This document shows positions 1 to 14,454 of a stretch of 64,000 bases of DNA, piece after piece. This DNA is from Strigamia acuminata (Eukaryota): contig OX442314.1 of assembly GCA_949358305.1 (NCBI GenBank), forward strand, positions 14,694,001 to 14,758,000, given 5' to 3'. Under the pieces are notes generated by a model, which was not told the origin of the DNA, searched no databases, and saw only the letters and a list, made by a program, of their open reading frames with translations. Position 1 is the first letter of the stretch; each line of letters starts with the position of its first letter. The position numbers and the translations under genes are program-made.

Positions 1-3000
1 GTTTCCACCTCGTTACTGCGAGTGCATCCATCGAGTAGAGCGAACCGTGGGGAGAGTGAGAGTGATTGTAGCGAGGTCGGCACGAGTCAACAATATTCAT
101 ACACGCTGCAAGTGGGCCGTGAATGACGTCAGTCGAGGTGAACTGGGTCCGCCCATTTTTGTGGTCCCAGAGGCAGGAACGTGCGCAAAAGGAGATCAAT
201 TGCGAAACCTGGGACTGGGTGCTGAACGTGACTGACGTCAAGTCAAAGTCAAACTATTCGGTCGCCACGCGTAAATTGTAGTTGTGCGTGTAATTGGCGT
301 TAATGGGGGAGGAGAGATCTACTTGAAACGTAAATTGATTACATTTTGACCTGGAATATCATCGAGTTATCATCTAAACGACATTTGGAGGATTAATAGT
401 AGTGAATGGTTAATTTGAGGTGGAACTTGGAGTTGAAGGGTGTGGAGGGGTGTTCCGACTTTGTCAAGGTCATTTGGCAATGAAAACTCTGGGGAGTACC
501 AGTATATTCTGTTGGAAATTTAATTCTAATAGCTTTCCTTTTAAGCAAAGTTGTTTGTCTTGTTGCTGCGCCAGTTTGAAAATGAATAAACAAGCTGACA
601 GAAAAATTTTAAAAAACTAAAGAAAATTTAAAAAATATTGAATCAATTAAATTGTACGAACTAAATTCCGCACACTTAGTGTTAATTCATACCATAGCAA
701 TTTAAAAATGATGAATAATAAATACCGTATGTAGGTAATGTAAAATTGAATCCAAAATTAAAATTGACACTCGCCAAATAGAGGTTTCTTCCGTTCAACA
801 GTCATTTGCCCTTGTGAAAAAAAGAGACCAATGTGCAGCATTAAGTCAAGATTTAGATTTCGTTAAGATTGTTTGAATTTTTAAAATTTTTCTCCTTTGT
901 TTGCTGAAACATTTTGTTTGAATAATCCTTAGAAGAAAGGGGGAAAAAAATTCAAGCATTTTATGTGACATAGTGGTAGGTTGAATAACCGAAAAGTAGG
1001 AAAATAGCACTAGGTGAACGAAGGTGTAAGATCACTATAGTGTTTCTCTAGATCCATAGCGCTCAGGATGATGACGACCCCGTCGGGAAAGCTGAAGACC
1101 ACTACAATACGATGTTCCATTTGAGCCGATTTCCACTTGAGATACAGCTGCCGCAAGTGAAAAACGAATGCTTGCGTCATCAGTATATGGTGTAGGTAGA
1201 GAAATACTGAATAAGAAATCATAAAACAAAAATTTCATCCACTTGTTCTTCACTTTATACACGCTCGTCCTTGAAGTTGACGAGTTCAAGGGATCAACGA
1301 ACACGAATAAAACAAATGTGGGTAAAATATTTGAGCTTTAATTGACTCGGTCACGAAGTACCGTAACTAACAACTAAGCAGCTTATTTCTAATTCTAATA
1401 CAGTACAAAAACACGAATTTATTTCTTTGAGGAAAGATTGGAAAGTAATCTTTCTAATTTTAAAAATTAAAAAAAAAATTAAAAGAAATGAAACAAGACT
1501 ACAATAATAATAATAATAAAAAAAAGTTTTTATTTTCAGGAATGGGTAAGTTAAAGCTTATTTAATCTAAGACGATTAAACCTCGGAGAAATACCTATTT
1601 CATTTAGGATTTTTCAGCTGATTAAAATGTACACAGATTTGCACTTTCGTTCGGCGTCACATTGCTTAAAGTGAGTTTCGAAATTGATTAGTTTGCATTT
1701 CTTTAGTGATACAGCTGATTTGTTTTGTTGGCCTACTTGTTAAAATGTTAACGTAATCTTACTTTTTTGAACAAAAAAAAAATACATTTTTATGATGCGT
1801 GTTTCTTAGCATCTCCTTGAAATTCAAATGAGAATATAAAATGTTGTATTCATACCATGGAGGTCAAGTTTAATTACAACTTGTATTACACTAATGAAAT
1901 TGTTTCCTTTCTCTTTATTAACTTCTTGATTTGAATAATATGAAAAACGGATAAATCAATTTACTCCACGCGAAAAATAATTTATTTCACTTGTAAAACG
2001 ACGTGGAAGGGGAAAATTGGCGTTTTCGGAGATTAATTTATGATATGGTGAATATATTAGATGGAGTGTGCTGTTTTTAATGTGGAATCGAATAGATGAC
2101 GTCATTTATCCGAAGGGAGCTGAGTCGCTTATCGCATCCTTCTGGATTTGTGTCGATGAATCATAGAGATCAAAATACACGCGGTCCAAAAACATATTCC
2201 CGGTTCCAGGCGCTGTGCACGTGGGGGATGAAAGATTTGGGCTGACGCATGCGTTGGAGGAAAAAGGAAAATCTTTTTTTTTGTCTCAATGTTTTTATGT
2301 TTGTATCGATAAAGATGTCAGGATTCAGGACTTTTATTAGTTTTTTTTTTGTCTATTTTATTTGTTTTATAATCTATATCATTGAGATGCAGCTGGACTA
2401 AATTAAAATTTAGAGCAAAAAGATTTTGTTTTGTTCACTAACTTTTGTTGATTGTTTTTTATTAAATTAATTTGTATTAATGTAATGGTAATTAAATAAT
2501 AAAAAAAATAAAAATAAAAAAACATTATTGAAAAAGTAAAAAAAAATATTTTTCTTTTGTATAATTACGAAACAATGAGAATCGAAGACAAAAAAAATAA
2601 AGAATTATTTATTGTGAAATATGTTTTTCTTCTAATTCGACTCGAGTGCTAATTGATTCGCAGGTCTGTTGGCCGTGCATGCGGTGCCAACTGCCGCGTG
2701 ATGTCGCTCGATGTTCTTTCCCTCACACGCAGCCAACCATCGATACCGCCATGTTCTGAACGCGACATCGGAAGCCCATTCTGAGTGCCACGCCAAGGTA
2801 ATGACAACATTTTTCTCACATCTTGGACGAACAGCACGAATATAGTCCACTTTTTACACTAACCATCGAATAATTCGAGTGCAAACACACACTCAACCTT
2901 GATTGGAACCCATTTCGAGTTGGCGAACGAGCGTCTGCCGTGCCTGGTTCCAGTACCTGGGGAGTGAGTGAGTGAGTGAGTGCAGCGTGTGGCTGTGGCG

Positions 3001-5743
3001 CGACGGAAGCCGAGCCGATTTCCCAACCAGCTGCTGCTGGACACCCGTTCGAACCGTCGTCATCTTTTGCGTTTTACCAACACGAATCGCCCCAATGTGA
3101 TTTTATACCAGTGTTAGTTTGATTTTCGTTTTCCACACTCGTTCACGTCCGTTGGGCGCCGCATTTGCATTGCAGGTCAGTCGGGCATCGTCGGGACTTA
3201 AAAAATTCGAGGTTCCCCCAGGGTTTCCCGCGGATTCCGTGTCCCATCTGGTCGCTGCGTTTGGGATAATGCACACATTATCCCATCAGGATATTAAATT
3301 TATTTGCAACACGGGAGAAAAAAATACGCATAAAACTCTTTTAACGTGCAATTTATAATTAAATTTTGAATTTATCGGATGATTTTTTAAATCGATTTTG
3401 ATTTTCTTTGTAAATATATTTTAAAATCATTTCCACACAATGACAGCTAATGTGAAAAACGAGGGAAAGAAAAGGAATCGTGCGTAGTTAGCGATCAGCT
3501 GTTTTCAGGTTGGTTGAGTGGATTCCGTAGTAATAAGGTTGGTTACCATGGGTTACCAATGTCGTATGATGGACAACAAATTGCGCTGCTCCTTGTCCTT
3601 TGAGGATTGACCCTCTTTCAATCCCGTAACGATATACACGACCTTGTTACTAATTCACACGTATAGAAAGATAGGTCTCAACACGATCCTTACATCCATC
3701 AGAGACGGGTGACAAAAGCAAAGCGAACCAAAGCGTGTTACGTAACAACCATTTTACTCCCATTTCGAACGTCGTACTCGTCGAATATATCGTTAAATTT
3801 AAAATCACGCAATTCGATCTTATTGTAAGAAAAAAAATATTTTTTCTCTTTTGAATATTTTTTTTTACTCGATGACGTAATTCTTATAGAGATAATAATC
3901 AGATTAGCACATTTTGTTTATTTTTTTATTCAAACATTGAGGGCACTGTAATTATTTGATTATTTCATTAGACAATGGCGTAATAGCAACAATAGCATTT
4001 TTCGAATGACAACAATTCTATGAGATTACCAGAGGCCACATTCATTAATTATATAATTCGCGCTGCGATCCTGTTATGAAAACAATTTTGACCGGTTGCG
4101 TAATTATGAAATGACGTAATCAATCATTCGGTGATGAGACGTATATGATTTCCATTTTTGATCGAAAAAAACACAATAGTTAATAAACAATGGGTAATTA
4201 TGAGCATTGAAGCAAAAAATAAAAAGGTTGGGTGTGATCTTAGTCAGTGCTTGCAACGACATCATTAATCTTCAAATTAAGTCTTGAGGACGAAGGTTCT
4301 CTCTCTTTTTGTCCAACCATAAATCACTGTGAAAGTGGATGAACTTTTTTATGCATTAAACAAAAGACAAAATGGTATTTAACGAAAAGCTTTATTATTT
4401 ATAGATGTCAAATGATCTCACAAATTTTCCGTCAATTTATTTACCTTTCTTCTACGCGAAATAAATAAAGTGGATGGGGGAGGAAAAGTTGGTCTACGCC
4501 ATTTTCTTTTTTGAGTGTTTTGGCAAATGGCAGGAAGGGAAAAAGGAGAAAAAAAAATGGATGTGATTTTGCATCGCACGCTACACTTGATTTGTCGTGT
4601 TTGTCTAAGAAAAGACAAGGGGATGTGGATGTTTTCTGGGATAATATTTGAAGATATTTTTGCTTTAAAGGGGATTTTGAGAGCACGATGCAAGCATGTC
4701 GAGGTTGAGATAAAATGAGGTCAAGCTAAACAGATTAAACTCGGTGCAGTGGTAAGAAGGACCCCCTCCTTAGTTGATAATCTGCCTGTGCACGTCTTAT
4801 AAATTTCCCTTAACTAGCTTGTGTTGTTTTTTTTTGTTTTTGATAAGTCTTCAGACTGATTTCCTGTCTATTTACTTTAATCACAAACCAGACGCGAATC
4901 TCGACAGTTTTAATCATTACTAATGATTAGCTTCTTTTATTTATTGGTTTGTTTATTTAGTTTAATTATTTGTATGCATTTGCTCTTTTTTTATATAAAT
5001 ATTGTGAATGAGCCATCAATTTTTTTAGGAGAAGCGAATATCTAAAAATATTGTGACAGACACTGTCTGGCAGAGGCAAGGAGTCGTTCGGTCGTAAACA
5101 ATTGTACGTTGTGCAAATGGCGTAACTATTTTCTTCTCGTTGTGAATATTTACTGAGAATGGGACAATTTTGAATACTAAATTCAGAAAAAAAATCAAAA
5201 AATTTACATCGTTAAGAAATGTACTCGTACGCTAAATCTTGTCTGGCTCTAGAAAATTATTCAACAGAGAAAAATGGTACTCACATATCGTATTCTGTCC
5301 TTGGAAATCATGTGACAGAATCACATCATGAAGAGAAAAAAAATTAAAATTCCCTTACTCCAAAGCGATGGGAAAATGTTTGTGAGAAGAAGAAAAATAT
5401 GTGACCGGTCTCGATCATGTCTTTTTATTAAATACAAGCCACCTTAGAATGCTTAAAGCTGCACATACCACGAAAAGTCTCTATGACATAAATTTTCATC
5501 TTTAAGCATTCCAGTACCCACACACCACAGACATTTCTAGACATTGGTCATTTTATGGTTTGAAAATGGCCATTGGTACAATATAGAACTTTTATCCTAT
5601 GGATAAGCGGGTGAAGTATGTGTCAGTCGATTTACTACACAACTTTTGGTAGGCTACAAGTTGAGCGTGTTTTTATTGTTTCAATTATTTGCATAATATT
5701 GCATCTTGGGGACCTGACGAGCTTTCTTACCCGGCTTTGAAAG

Positions 5744-6067
5744 CAGGACCGGGCACTTTGATGCGAAAGGGCCCCCTGGTATATGTACAAAATGTATTTT
5801 TTAAGGTAAAAATGCAAAAATTGAATTTTTTGTCTCTGAAAATGCATTTTTTTTTACAATAAAATGCATTTTTTCATCGGAAAACGCATTGTTTTGCGTA
5901 AAAACTGCAATTTTTACAGCTCAATATGAATTTTTTTTTTTACAAATGGATTTTTCTGCATGCAGATGCATTTTTATTTGAAAATGTTGTGAAGATGTCA
6001 TTTCTGAATATGCATGGGTTCCCCTTTCGTAAGTGCTAGGGCCCCTCAAAGCCATAATCCGGTCCTG
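5744..6067. mobile_element. Non-autonomous hAT-like MITE
   Basis: Terminal inverted repeats CAGGACCGG...CCGGTCCTG, subterminal GGGCCCC at both ends, internal AAAATGCATTTT palindromes, and a degenerate 8-bp target duplication TTTGAAAG/CTCGAAAG. Confidence 0.65.
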
Positions 6068-6208
6068 CTCGAAAGAAGACGAACTCAGCAATATCTTGAA
6101 AACCTGCAAAAGTCCTTTCTTTTTGACAACTTTTTAGGGGCATGAGGTGTGAGATTTATACAAACGATTAAGACAGTAGAACAAACGAAAGTTGACCAAG
6201 AATAGTAC

Positions 6209-6601
6209 TAGTTGCATTTGAAAAGTCATCTCATCTGGTTTATCTTCTTTAAACGAGTCTAAATGCACATGCTTCACAATGTACAAGAATCTTTTGTGTT
6301 GACTGTTGATGTTGTCAACAAAACATTTTTATGGGCTTAAAGTCATTAGAAAAATATAAAAAAGAAAAGCAAACCTTTTTAAACAGCCTAATTGAGGTTT
6401 TTGTCGATCTAACTTTAAAAATGGCAGCTGGATCTAGCCTGCTTTAAGTTGAAGTGCACATGTGCTCTCCATAACTGTTTTGTTGTTTTGTTGTTCAACT
6501 TCAATTTTTGCAGTAGTTAACGGGCTTTAAACTACTTTTGTTGTTACTCTGCATGGTTTCAAGAAGATAAACCGGTCTAAATGACTTTTCGAATGCAGCT
6601 A
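6209..6601. mobile_element. MITE with about 45-bp imperfect terminal inverted repeats
   Basis: TAGTTGCATTTGAAAAGTCATCTCATCTGGTTTATCTTCTT at the left is complementary to AAGAAGATAAACCGGTCTAAATGACTTTTCGAATGCAGCTA at the right; a related terminus recurs at about 19810-19868. Confidence 0.65.
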
Positions 6602-6749
6602 CTGTTTATTTTATTTTATATTAAAGATTAAAACTCGGTGCATTTGACGGTTGACCTTTAACGAAGCTTAAAAACGACCGTTGTTTCATGGTTTGCACAT
6701 TTCTCATTCTAAATGCCTTGTTTTCTCTATCACGACTTTGCGACTGGAT

Positions 6750-6895
6750 TAGGGAGCACAAAAAATTCGGCAGACATTCGGTATTTGGCCTATTCGGCCT
6801 AAAGTCATTTAAACTTGTTTATATCTTTTAAAACAGTCAAAATGTAAACTTTTAGTAATATCCGGTATTCGGCAATTTTTGTATTTGGTGCAATT
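6750..6895. mobile_element. Degenerate hAT-like MITE remnant
   Basis: TAGGGAGCAC start, several ATTCGG subterminal motifs and a TTTGGTGCA end; termini are eroded. Confidence 0.35.
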
Positions 6896-8273
6896 TTTGT
6901 CACTCGATCCTAGATTTTCAAAGTTTAATTTATCTGTTGTTAAGGTAAAGCCAATTTCTCTAGATGTGTCTTCGTCATGGTAGTCTTGGAATCAGTTAAG
7001 CATGTTACCATAGGAGGACTCAGAATCGTGGAACTTGTGATCATCTGCATAAGTGGATAATTCAGAAGCAACACTTGGGTTGGGAGGGGATTAGCGATAA
7101 AAACTCATTATAACGAATTAATTTCTTGACTTTTAGCACACCTCTCGCATACTGACTTGTTTTAGTCAGTGGAGTTTCCACAGAAACATCAATTCTCACA
7201 GCCAAATGAATCAAAGCAATTTGATTCCATGATGGGAGCATTGGAAAGAATACTGCCACGTGTCATGTACCCTTCTGAACATCTTTAAGGTGTCATTCCG
7301 TGGGTTTTCCATTTCTACCGATGACAGTTGCAGGCGAATTTTCATGTCATCTTCATTATCGTCTCAATAGACGCATTCAATAAAGATTTAACACAACACG
7401 AGAATTAGGACTATATACCTGTTAACACGAGTTGACGTTCTTGAATGTGCCACAAGATAGCACAAGTAAGTTATTTGTAAGCAAATATGATGTTGATATT
7501 GTGGCTACAGATGGCATTGTTTTGTAGTACTGCTTTTGCCTTTGCTTTGTTGCCATGATTATTGGAGGCGCACAGCTGTTTTACTTTGGAATAGACCTTG
7601 TTCTTTGATGAGAAAACCCACTGTATTAACACGAGATTCTCGAGTCCAAAGCACGTGGCACGACTTTAAGACCAGCTTCCAGAGGTCGTGCTATTTTTGT
7701 TTTAATAAGACACTACGCGAGATTCTCGTGTTTAATCTGTTAACATGCTTTATTGAATGCCGTCTAATGTAAAACGAGAAGCTTGTTTGATGTTGATCTC
7801 CCAATCAGAGGTGCATAATTCACTTTTTTTATGGTTTATAGTTTCTTCGAGTTAGTGATCCTTAAAGCTCAGATATTTTACGATCCTAGTGGAATAGTTT
7901 TCTTAGCTCTATATTTTTGGCGGGGATATAGTAAATGGACATCAGTGTTGATACTCGGTAATTTAGCTATGGGCTAACTCATCGTTTTAAATCGTTACTT
8001 GTTATCCCGAAGGAAAATTTCCGTCGTCATGTTTTGATATGACTAACGTGATCGAGAACATGGTTATTCATGAAGGGATATACGACGTAGGAGTGAAGTC
8101 ATTTCTGCTTTAAGTCATGGAATTCAGAGTGGCTATCAAGTCGCTTTTTTATTTTATTTTATTTTTTATATAAAATGTATGGATATTTAATAATGTTACG
8201 AGTTTCCCCAGACTGCAGTGTTAAACCAATACACTCAAATATTAATTTTGTGATAAAATTTAGATAAGAAACA

Positions 8274-8373
8274 AAATAAACCTAATATTTATAACGAAAA
8301 TAGGACTGTAAATAAGTAAATGCAAATAAACCTAATATTTTATAATATAAATGGGACGATAAATAAGTGAATG
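8274..8373. repeat. Tandem duplication, 2 x about 50 bp
   Basis: AAATAAACCTAATATTT...GGAC..TAAATAAGT.AATG occurs at 8274 and 8324. Confidence 0.7.
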
Positions 8374-11300
8374 ATGCCATTTTTTTAATGTAAATAGTAA
8401 GGTTTTAACCTTCATTTGAAACAAATTTTTAATGATGAGACTTGAATTCTTAACTGTTTGAAATTGTATATTAATTGTGTGTGGTCAACTCCCAAGTTGG
8501 TGGCATTCATATTTTCAACAAGAAAACAACAGCGTGTAATTTAACTTGTATAGTTAAGAAATATTACGTTGCTATATTTTAAGAGTGTATATTATTCCAT
8601 TCAAAATAACTTTTCACGTTTACTCTGCTTATTTATAACTGTCTAGTGTCTTGATGTATTTAGATGGGTTTTGGGAGTGTGATTGCCAACTCAGCATTCT
8701 AGCAACACAACTTAGCTCACGATCCGTAGATCTATAGAGGACAAATGAGGGGTCTGCAAGAAACGTCTTTACGACTGCTTTCTTTCTAGCAACAGATTTG
8801 CATTCATAGATTTGCCGCTTTTCGAGATACTCACAGGACAACGTGCTGAATGCGTCTGAAGCTTTTCAGAACAGTGGATATAGTAAATCCTTTCCTGTTG
8901 TTTACCAACACATTTTCACTCTTTTGGGGAATAAGTAAAACACCCAGTAGATATTTTATGAGTTTTATTGGAATAACCCCGCATAAATTGCTTTCTGAAA
9001 AGAAGAATTTGTGAATTTAAATGTTGTGGATTGTGGTTGTTGTTGGGGAAACATTTACATTGGAGAGTGATTTACCTCAGAATAATGTTATAGTATATGG
9101 AATAACCACGGATATAAATTGCCGGTAATTAATTAAGTACAAAATACAAATAGTTGTTGCAGTGTGGTCAGGGAAAAAAACCGATACAACATTAGGCGGT
9201 TTGGAATCTATTCTCGTTGCTAATTTTTGCCGCTTTCTAAAGCAGGAAATTACGTTATTGTGACTAAAAGGCTAACATCGTGACCGGTTTATAAAGGACT
9301 CATCCAAGAGGATGCATGACGTTTCGAACCTCATCCAAGGTTCATCTTCGAGAAGACTTGTCAACAACAGGGGAACTTAAATGTGAATAGAGTATACGCA
9401 ATTTTGTTTAAATTTCTATTAAATAACGACTCGTTTGCGGTGGGAATGTTCCTCGGAGCACGATACTTTGTGTAGTAAGTTGATTGGTTTTGGGATTATG
9501 ACTCGACTTGGTATTGCAAAGGTGAAAAGAGGTAAAAAGGATGTTTGATCCAATATAATTAAGGTAGGCGATAAAAGGGAGGCGCGGTGATGATTTGTTT
9601 GATCTTGATCGCCTGCGAGATGTTTTGGTCCAGGTATTGTCAATTGCACGCGGCATTGTTTTTATGTTAGCGGTGCTCGTGATGAGCAATAAGAGGTGGC
9701 CATGACCACAATTGGTGTGTTGCAGGGCCAAATGTCGCGTCGGCAGCGAGCGGCGAATTGATAACGGTCTTCTTTGGTTTCCGATATAAAAGCCACTTTA
9801 TTCTTCGCATTGGGACGGTTGGTAGAGAGCCAACTATTGAACTTCTTTTGTGGTAGGTTGCACATTAGAAATGCTCAAGGAAAGACCTCGTCTCAGCAGA
9901 TTTGCTCGTGCAATTGCGAGTAAAATGGGGGAGAAATGGTGGATTGCAAGTCCTATTCGATGATGTCGATGTCCGAGTCGAAGGAGATGAGATGATGCGA
10001 GCATTGTGTCAATAGCGATTGCTAAGAAACGTTTGGTTTCGAACTCAACTGATGAAATTATATAAGGACTGACATGTTTGTGATTTCTTTCTCTCTCTCT
10101 CTCTTTCTGTCTCTTGTCAATTGTAACTTGATTACTTCGGTTGCAATCTGTGCGAGCATCAGTGCAGTAACCTCTTTTATAATGGACAAATTAGTCTTCT
10201 TACAGTGAATTTTATTTTATTTTATTTTTTATGGTTGTGTGAAGTAAATTTGGGTTTATGTGTGTAAATGAATTATGCCGTGTTAAAAATGTCGGTTTGA
10301 AGTGGAGAAACGATAATGAATGAAGGTTTTAAATTGTTTAGAGGGTTGGTGCTGAATAAGAATATTTTAAAATAATTTATTCTTTTTTTTTTTTTAAATT
10401 TCATAAACTGAATTTCGTGAATTTCAATTAGTATTTTTTTTTTTTTTTTTTTACTTTTCGTTGTTTAATACTATCGTATGGGTTCTAAAGTTATTTAAAC
10501 TCGAGTAAAATAATTCTACGAATGGAAAATGTCATATTGCATGTAATGCGTGTAACCGTAAATTACTAAATATGCAAATTGGACACGTTTAAACTTGTTT
10601 ACACTCGTTTAAAACCAATAACTGGTGCAATTGTTACACACCTCTAGAAAATTAAACAAATTAAAGAACAAGTGCACCGAGTGAATTAAATGATGAGAGA
10701 CCAGAAAAAAAATCACTTTTATAATTAAATTTATTAATTTTTATGGAGGGAAACCAGTGCGAAGTAGATGGCACCATTTCCCAGTCTTAGCGTTTAATTC
10801 ATCCCCATGAGAAGGTCTAATTTCACAATAAACCCTACACAGAAATAAAGACCTTTGAACCACGTGACATGACATATCACTTCCATACATCACACCATAA
10901 TAAAATGCCAGCAATGGACAAATGATTCACAGAACAAAAGCCGACAAAAACAAGTCCTTATAGGTAAATAGTGATCTTTTACATTGTCCATTTTAATTGT
11001 AATACACAACTTGACCTCCAATTGTTACAGTTGAACTGTAACGGTCGCATGCATTTCCTCATAGGTAATATGTGTTGTGTGTTAAACAAAATGACAGGTT
11101 TTCTTATCTTTTAAGATATATATAACGACGCAATATAAAAATATAACTTTTCTACTCCGACATGAATTAAACATTAAGATTTGAGATTTAAGATTTTCAT
11201 TTTTTCGTGCATGGCGAATGGCGAGATTGGATTTTTATTCTTGAAAAAGTCCATCTTATGGCACGTTTGCTTTGATTTTTTTGAATTTCGTACTTTACTG

Positions 11301-11619
11301 CTATCTCTTCACTTTCTATTCTCCCTTCCCCTGTTCTTTTTTCTTCTTTTATTCACCATATTTTTTTTCTATCACCTATTTTGAACTCAGGTGGAATTCC
11401 TCTGCGTTTGCCTCCCATTTTTTTTTTAACATTGGTAGCCTGAAATATTTCCTTCCATTATTTTTTCTTCTTTTATGATCAATTCCATATTTTTTTCCAA
11501 CTTGGGCCGCTTCTATTATATTGTGTGTGTGATTTTTAAACCGTATCACACAATAGTAACAATTATTTTTTAAATTTTTACCGAATTCAGCACTTAGAAT
11601 GTTATGTAATCACAAACTT

Positions 11620-11758
11620 CCAAATTCAAACTGCACGTGTAAAAACAACTTCCAAAAATGGCGCTATTGCCTATTTTTGTCGACTCCGAAATAATTCATC
11701 ATTTGTTGTTGCTGTTGCGTTTTTATTTGTGCACAAGACATGCGCAGTTTGAATTTGG
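11620..11758. mobile_element. Short foldback/MITE-like element
   Basis: 21-bp inverted repeat with 19/21 match: CCAAATTCAAACTGCACGTGT and ACATGCGCAGTTTGAATTTGG. Confidence 0.55.
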
Positions 11759-13403
11759 CATGAAGAATGTGAGCGGCAGTCTATGTTTCTGTTCACTAGG
11801 TTGCAAACTACCATGACAGCCATTTTTTATAGGCACAAACCATATCTTAGGCTTGTTTAGTGAGCAGCCTACCGGTAGTTGGACTTTTTTTTTTACTCTA
11901 TGACATAATCTTTTTTAATAATCTCATGCTAATGTGGATTTTTATAGATAACTTGGCTTAAGTCACTCAACTAAGACCCTTTTCATTCCACATTTTACAC
12001 GACTTTATGACCCTTAAACCTTGTTTCTGTGCCATTGCTTTAGCGGTACAAAAATGAAGCTTAGGGGGTCGAATGGAGCAAAATCTTGCTGCAATGAAAA
12101 TGGTCCATTCGTGCCAGCATAAATTCATGGCGCCCTTCAGGCACTCAGCATTTATTCAGCAGCGAGAATTTTCTGACTAAATCAAAGTGTGAATAATAAA
12201 TACACTTGGCACTTGTTACGAGAAAAATGTTGACCATGCAGGGAAAACATCTATATAAATTATAACATATTTATCCTCGATTTAAATTTAAACGTGACAA
12301 AATCCGATTACGGGAAATGGATTCCGCTTCTGCCGACCATTGAATGCCATTACAAATTTGTAGAAATTGGTTGATTACATGAGAGTTTAAAAGGAAAAAA
12401 AGATTGAATTAGAAATGGATATAAACGTATTTTCTAAAGCGAACAATCGTAATATTGTGAAGAGTGTAAAAGAGAGTGATGTTGTAGCCAAGAATAAAGT
12501 TATGTGCTTGATTGAAATACATGGTGGTTTGCGACATGATTTCGGTGTTTGGTATTCAGTGACCTGACTGCGTGTGCATCGATTGGAAGCTGGCGAGTGC
12601 GGTGCGTGCAAAATTCAAACATTCTTTCCAAGTCTTACGCTAGTCCGACTTTACGTTCTGCTCGAGAACAGACATATCGTGTCATGGCTTTTCTACTGAC
12701 TCGCTAGTCGTTACCGCTTCGCTATATATATATATATTTGTCAACGTGGGGCTTATGGTGGACTAGGTTTTGATGGAATGGGTTTTACCAGCCTGGATAT
12801 CAGCTTTGTTCGCTCACTCAAGAAGCACTGCCACATTATTACGTACGTAGTATGGTGTAGTGAGTCGTGGCTTTTGTTTTGTTTTGTGGTTATCATTATG
12901 TGTGCTGATGTTAATTCCCTTTTATTTGCTCGTGCGTTTACTCAATTTTCGTGTGCGGCTTCATTCTTTTCGTCTATTGTTTATTTTTAGAAGCAATTTT
13001 TATGTGGCTATTGTTATTGTTTTTGACGATCAATAATCTATTTAGGGCATGAAAGGCGAGAAGCTATCAACTGCTGTGTAAACCGACAGTTTTTTCATAT
13101 TTGTTTCTTGTTCTTTTCTAAGGTAATTAGTCGTGATGTAATGTTAGTTTGAAAGAGTTTGACTCGGGCTCTTGTGGGATTAGTGTAGTAGTTGTTCAAG
13201 TGTTCGGATTAAAGCGGGGATTTTGTTGATTTGTGATGAAATCACTAGCCAATTTAATCGTACCATTTTTGTCGGTGAGGTTTGATTAGATTAAAAAGGG
13301 ATGCTTTATATTGATTTTTGTTAAACGATTGCATTTTATGAGGGGGAATTTTTGGAAGGAAATTTGAATTTTAAAAATACTAGTAAATTAGAATTTTTGT
13401 ATA

Positions 13404-13700
13404 AGGATTCGAAAATCATACAAAAATCCGGTAAAATCAGTTAAAATTTGTAAAATTTGGCCGAGATTATCCACTGTAGTTGTAGTTATATCTTGTAGTG
13501 GTTACAATACTGTAGATTCGACGGATTCTGAATTATAATTATAATTTCTATCCGAGGATTCGAAAATTAAACAAAAATGGGGTAAAATCAGTTAAAACCC
13601 GTGAAATTTGGCTAATATTATCCATTGTGGTTCGTAATCCGGTGTAGTTTCATCTTGTAATGGTTACAATCCTGTCAATTTGAAGGATTGCGAATTATAA
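13404..13700. repeat. Diverged tandem duplication, 2 x about 150 bp
   Basis: AGGATTCGAAAAT...GGTAAAATCAGTTAAAA...TGGTTACAAT...GAATTATAA occurs at 13404 and 13555. Confidence 0.8.
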
Positions 13701-14454
13701 GACGTCTGGAACGACTGAAATTGCCAGATTGGATTTGATGTTTTCTCGTTTGCGGATGGAGCTTATTGTTCCGTGCCGAAAAGCAGTAAATCGTGTATAA
13801 TTAAACGGGAAATTCTTTCCCGATGGCACCTAAATTGGATGGAGATGTCGACAACTTAATTCATTACGCATATACTCATTAACCGATTTGTACATTGAGT
13901 CATTGATGGGAGAAATGTAATTTTTTTCCCAATTGATTTAGATGTGGAATAAGATTTGATCGGTCGACGACTCGACTCGACTCGACGTGCCTTTTAGGTG
14001 TGTTTTGCTTGGTTCCATTTTTTTTTTCTGGTCGAAAGACTGGCACAGAAAACTCGAAAAGGATAAGGAATTTCCCCTCTGGAAATTGAGACTTTTTTTA
14101 TTATTATTTAAGGTTTCCCGGTCTTGATAAGACATGAAGTGACAACACTGCAAAGGTTTTTTCCAATGCTTTCCCTTTCCCCATATGCCAAAGGTTTATC
14201 TCTGAATTTTAAGATTAGCGCCTTATTTGTTAAAGTGGATTAGTATTCATTCACTAATTGGGTCGTGATAAGACGATTTTGAAATAATATCATTTAGAAA
14301 AATTGTCGTTTTTGATTTTTTTGGATTATTTTTTTTTTTTAATTTAAAAAATTTTTTTTTTTTTCAATGTGACAAGGAACTAGACAGATTGAAAATCACT
14401 TGACTTTTGTGTTTAGTTTTCAATAACATTTTTCTTACTTGGGGGGAAAAGGAA

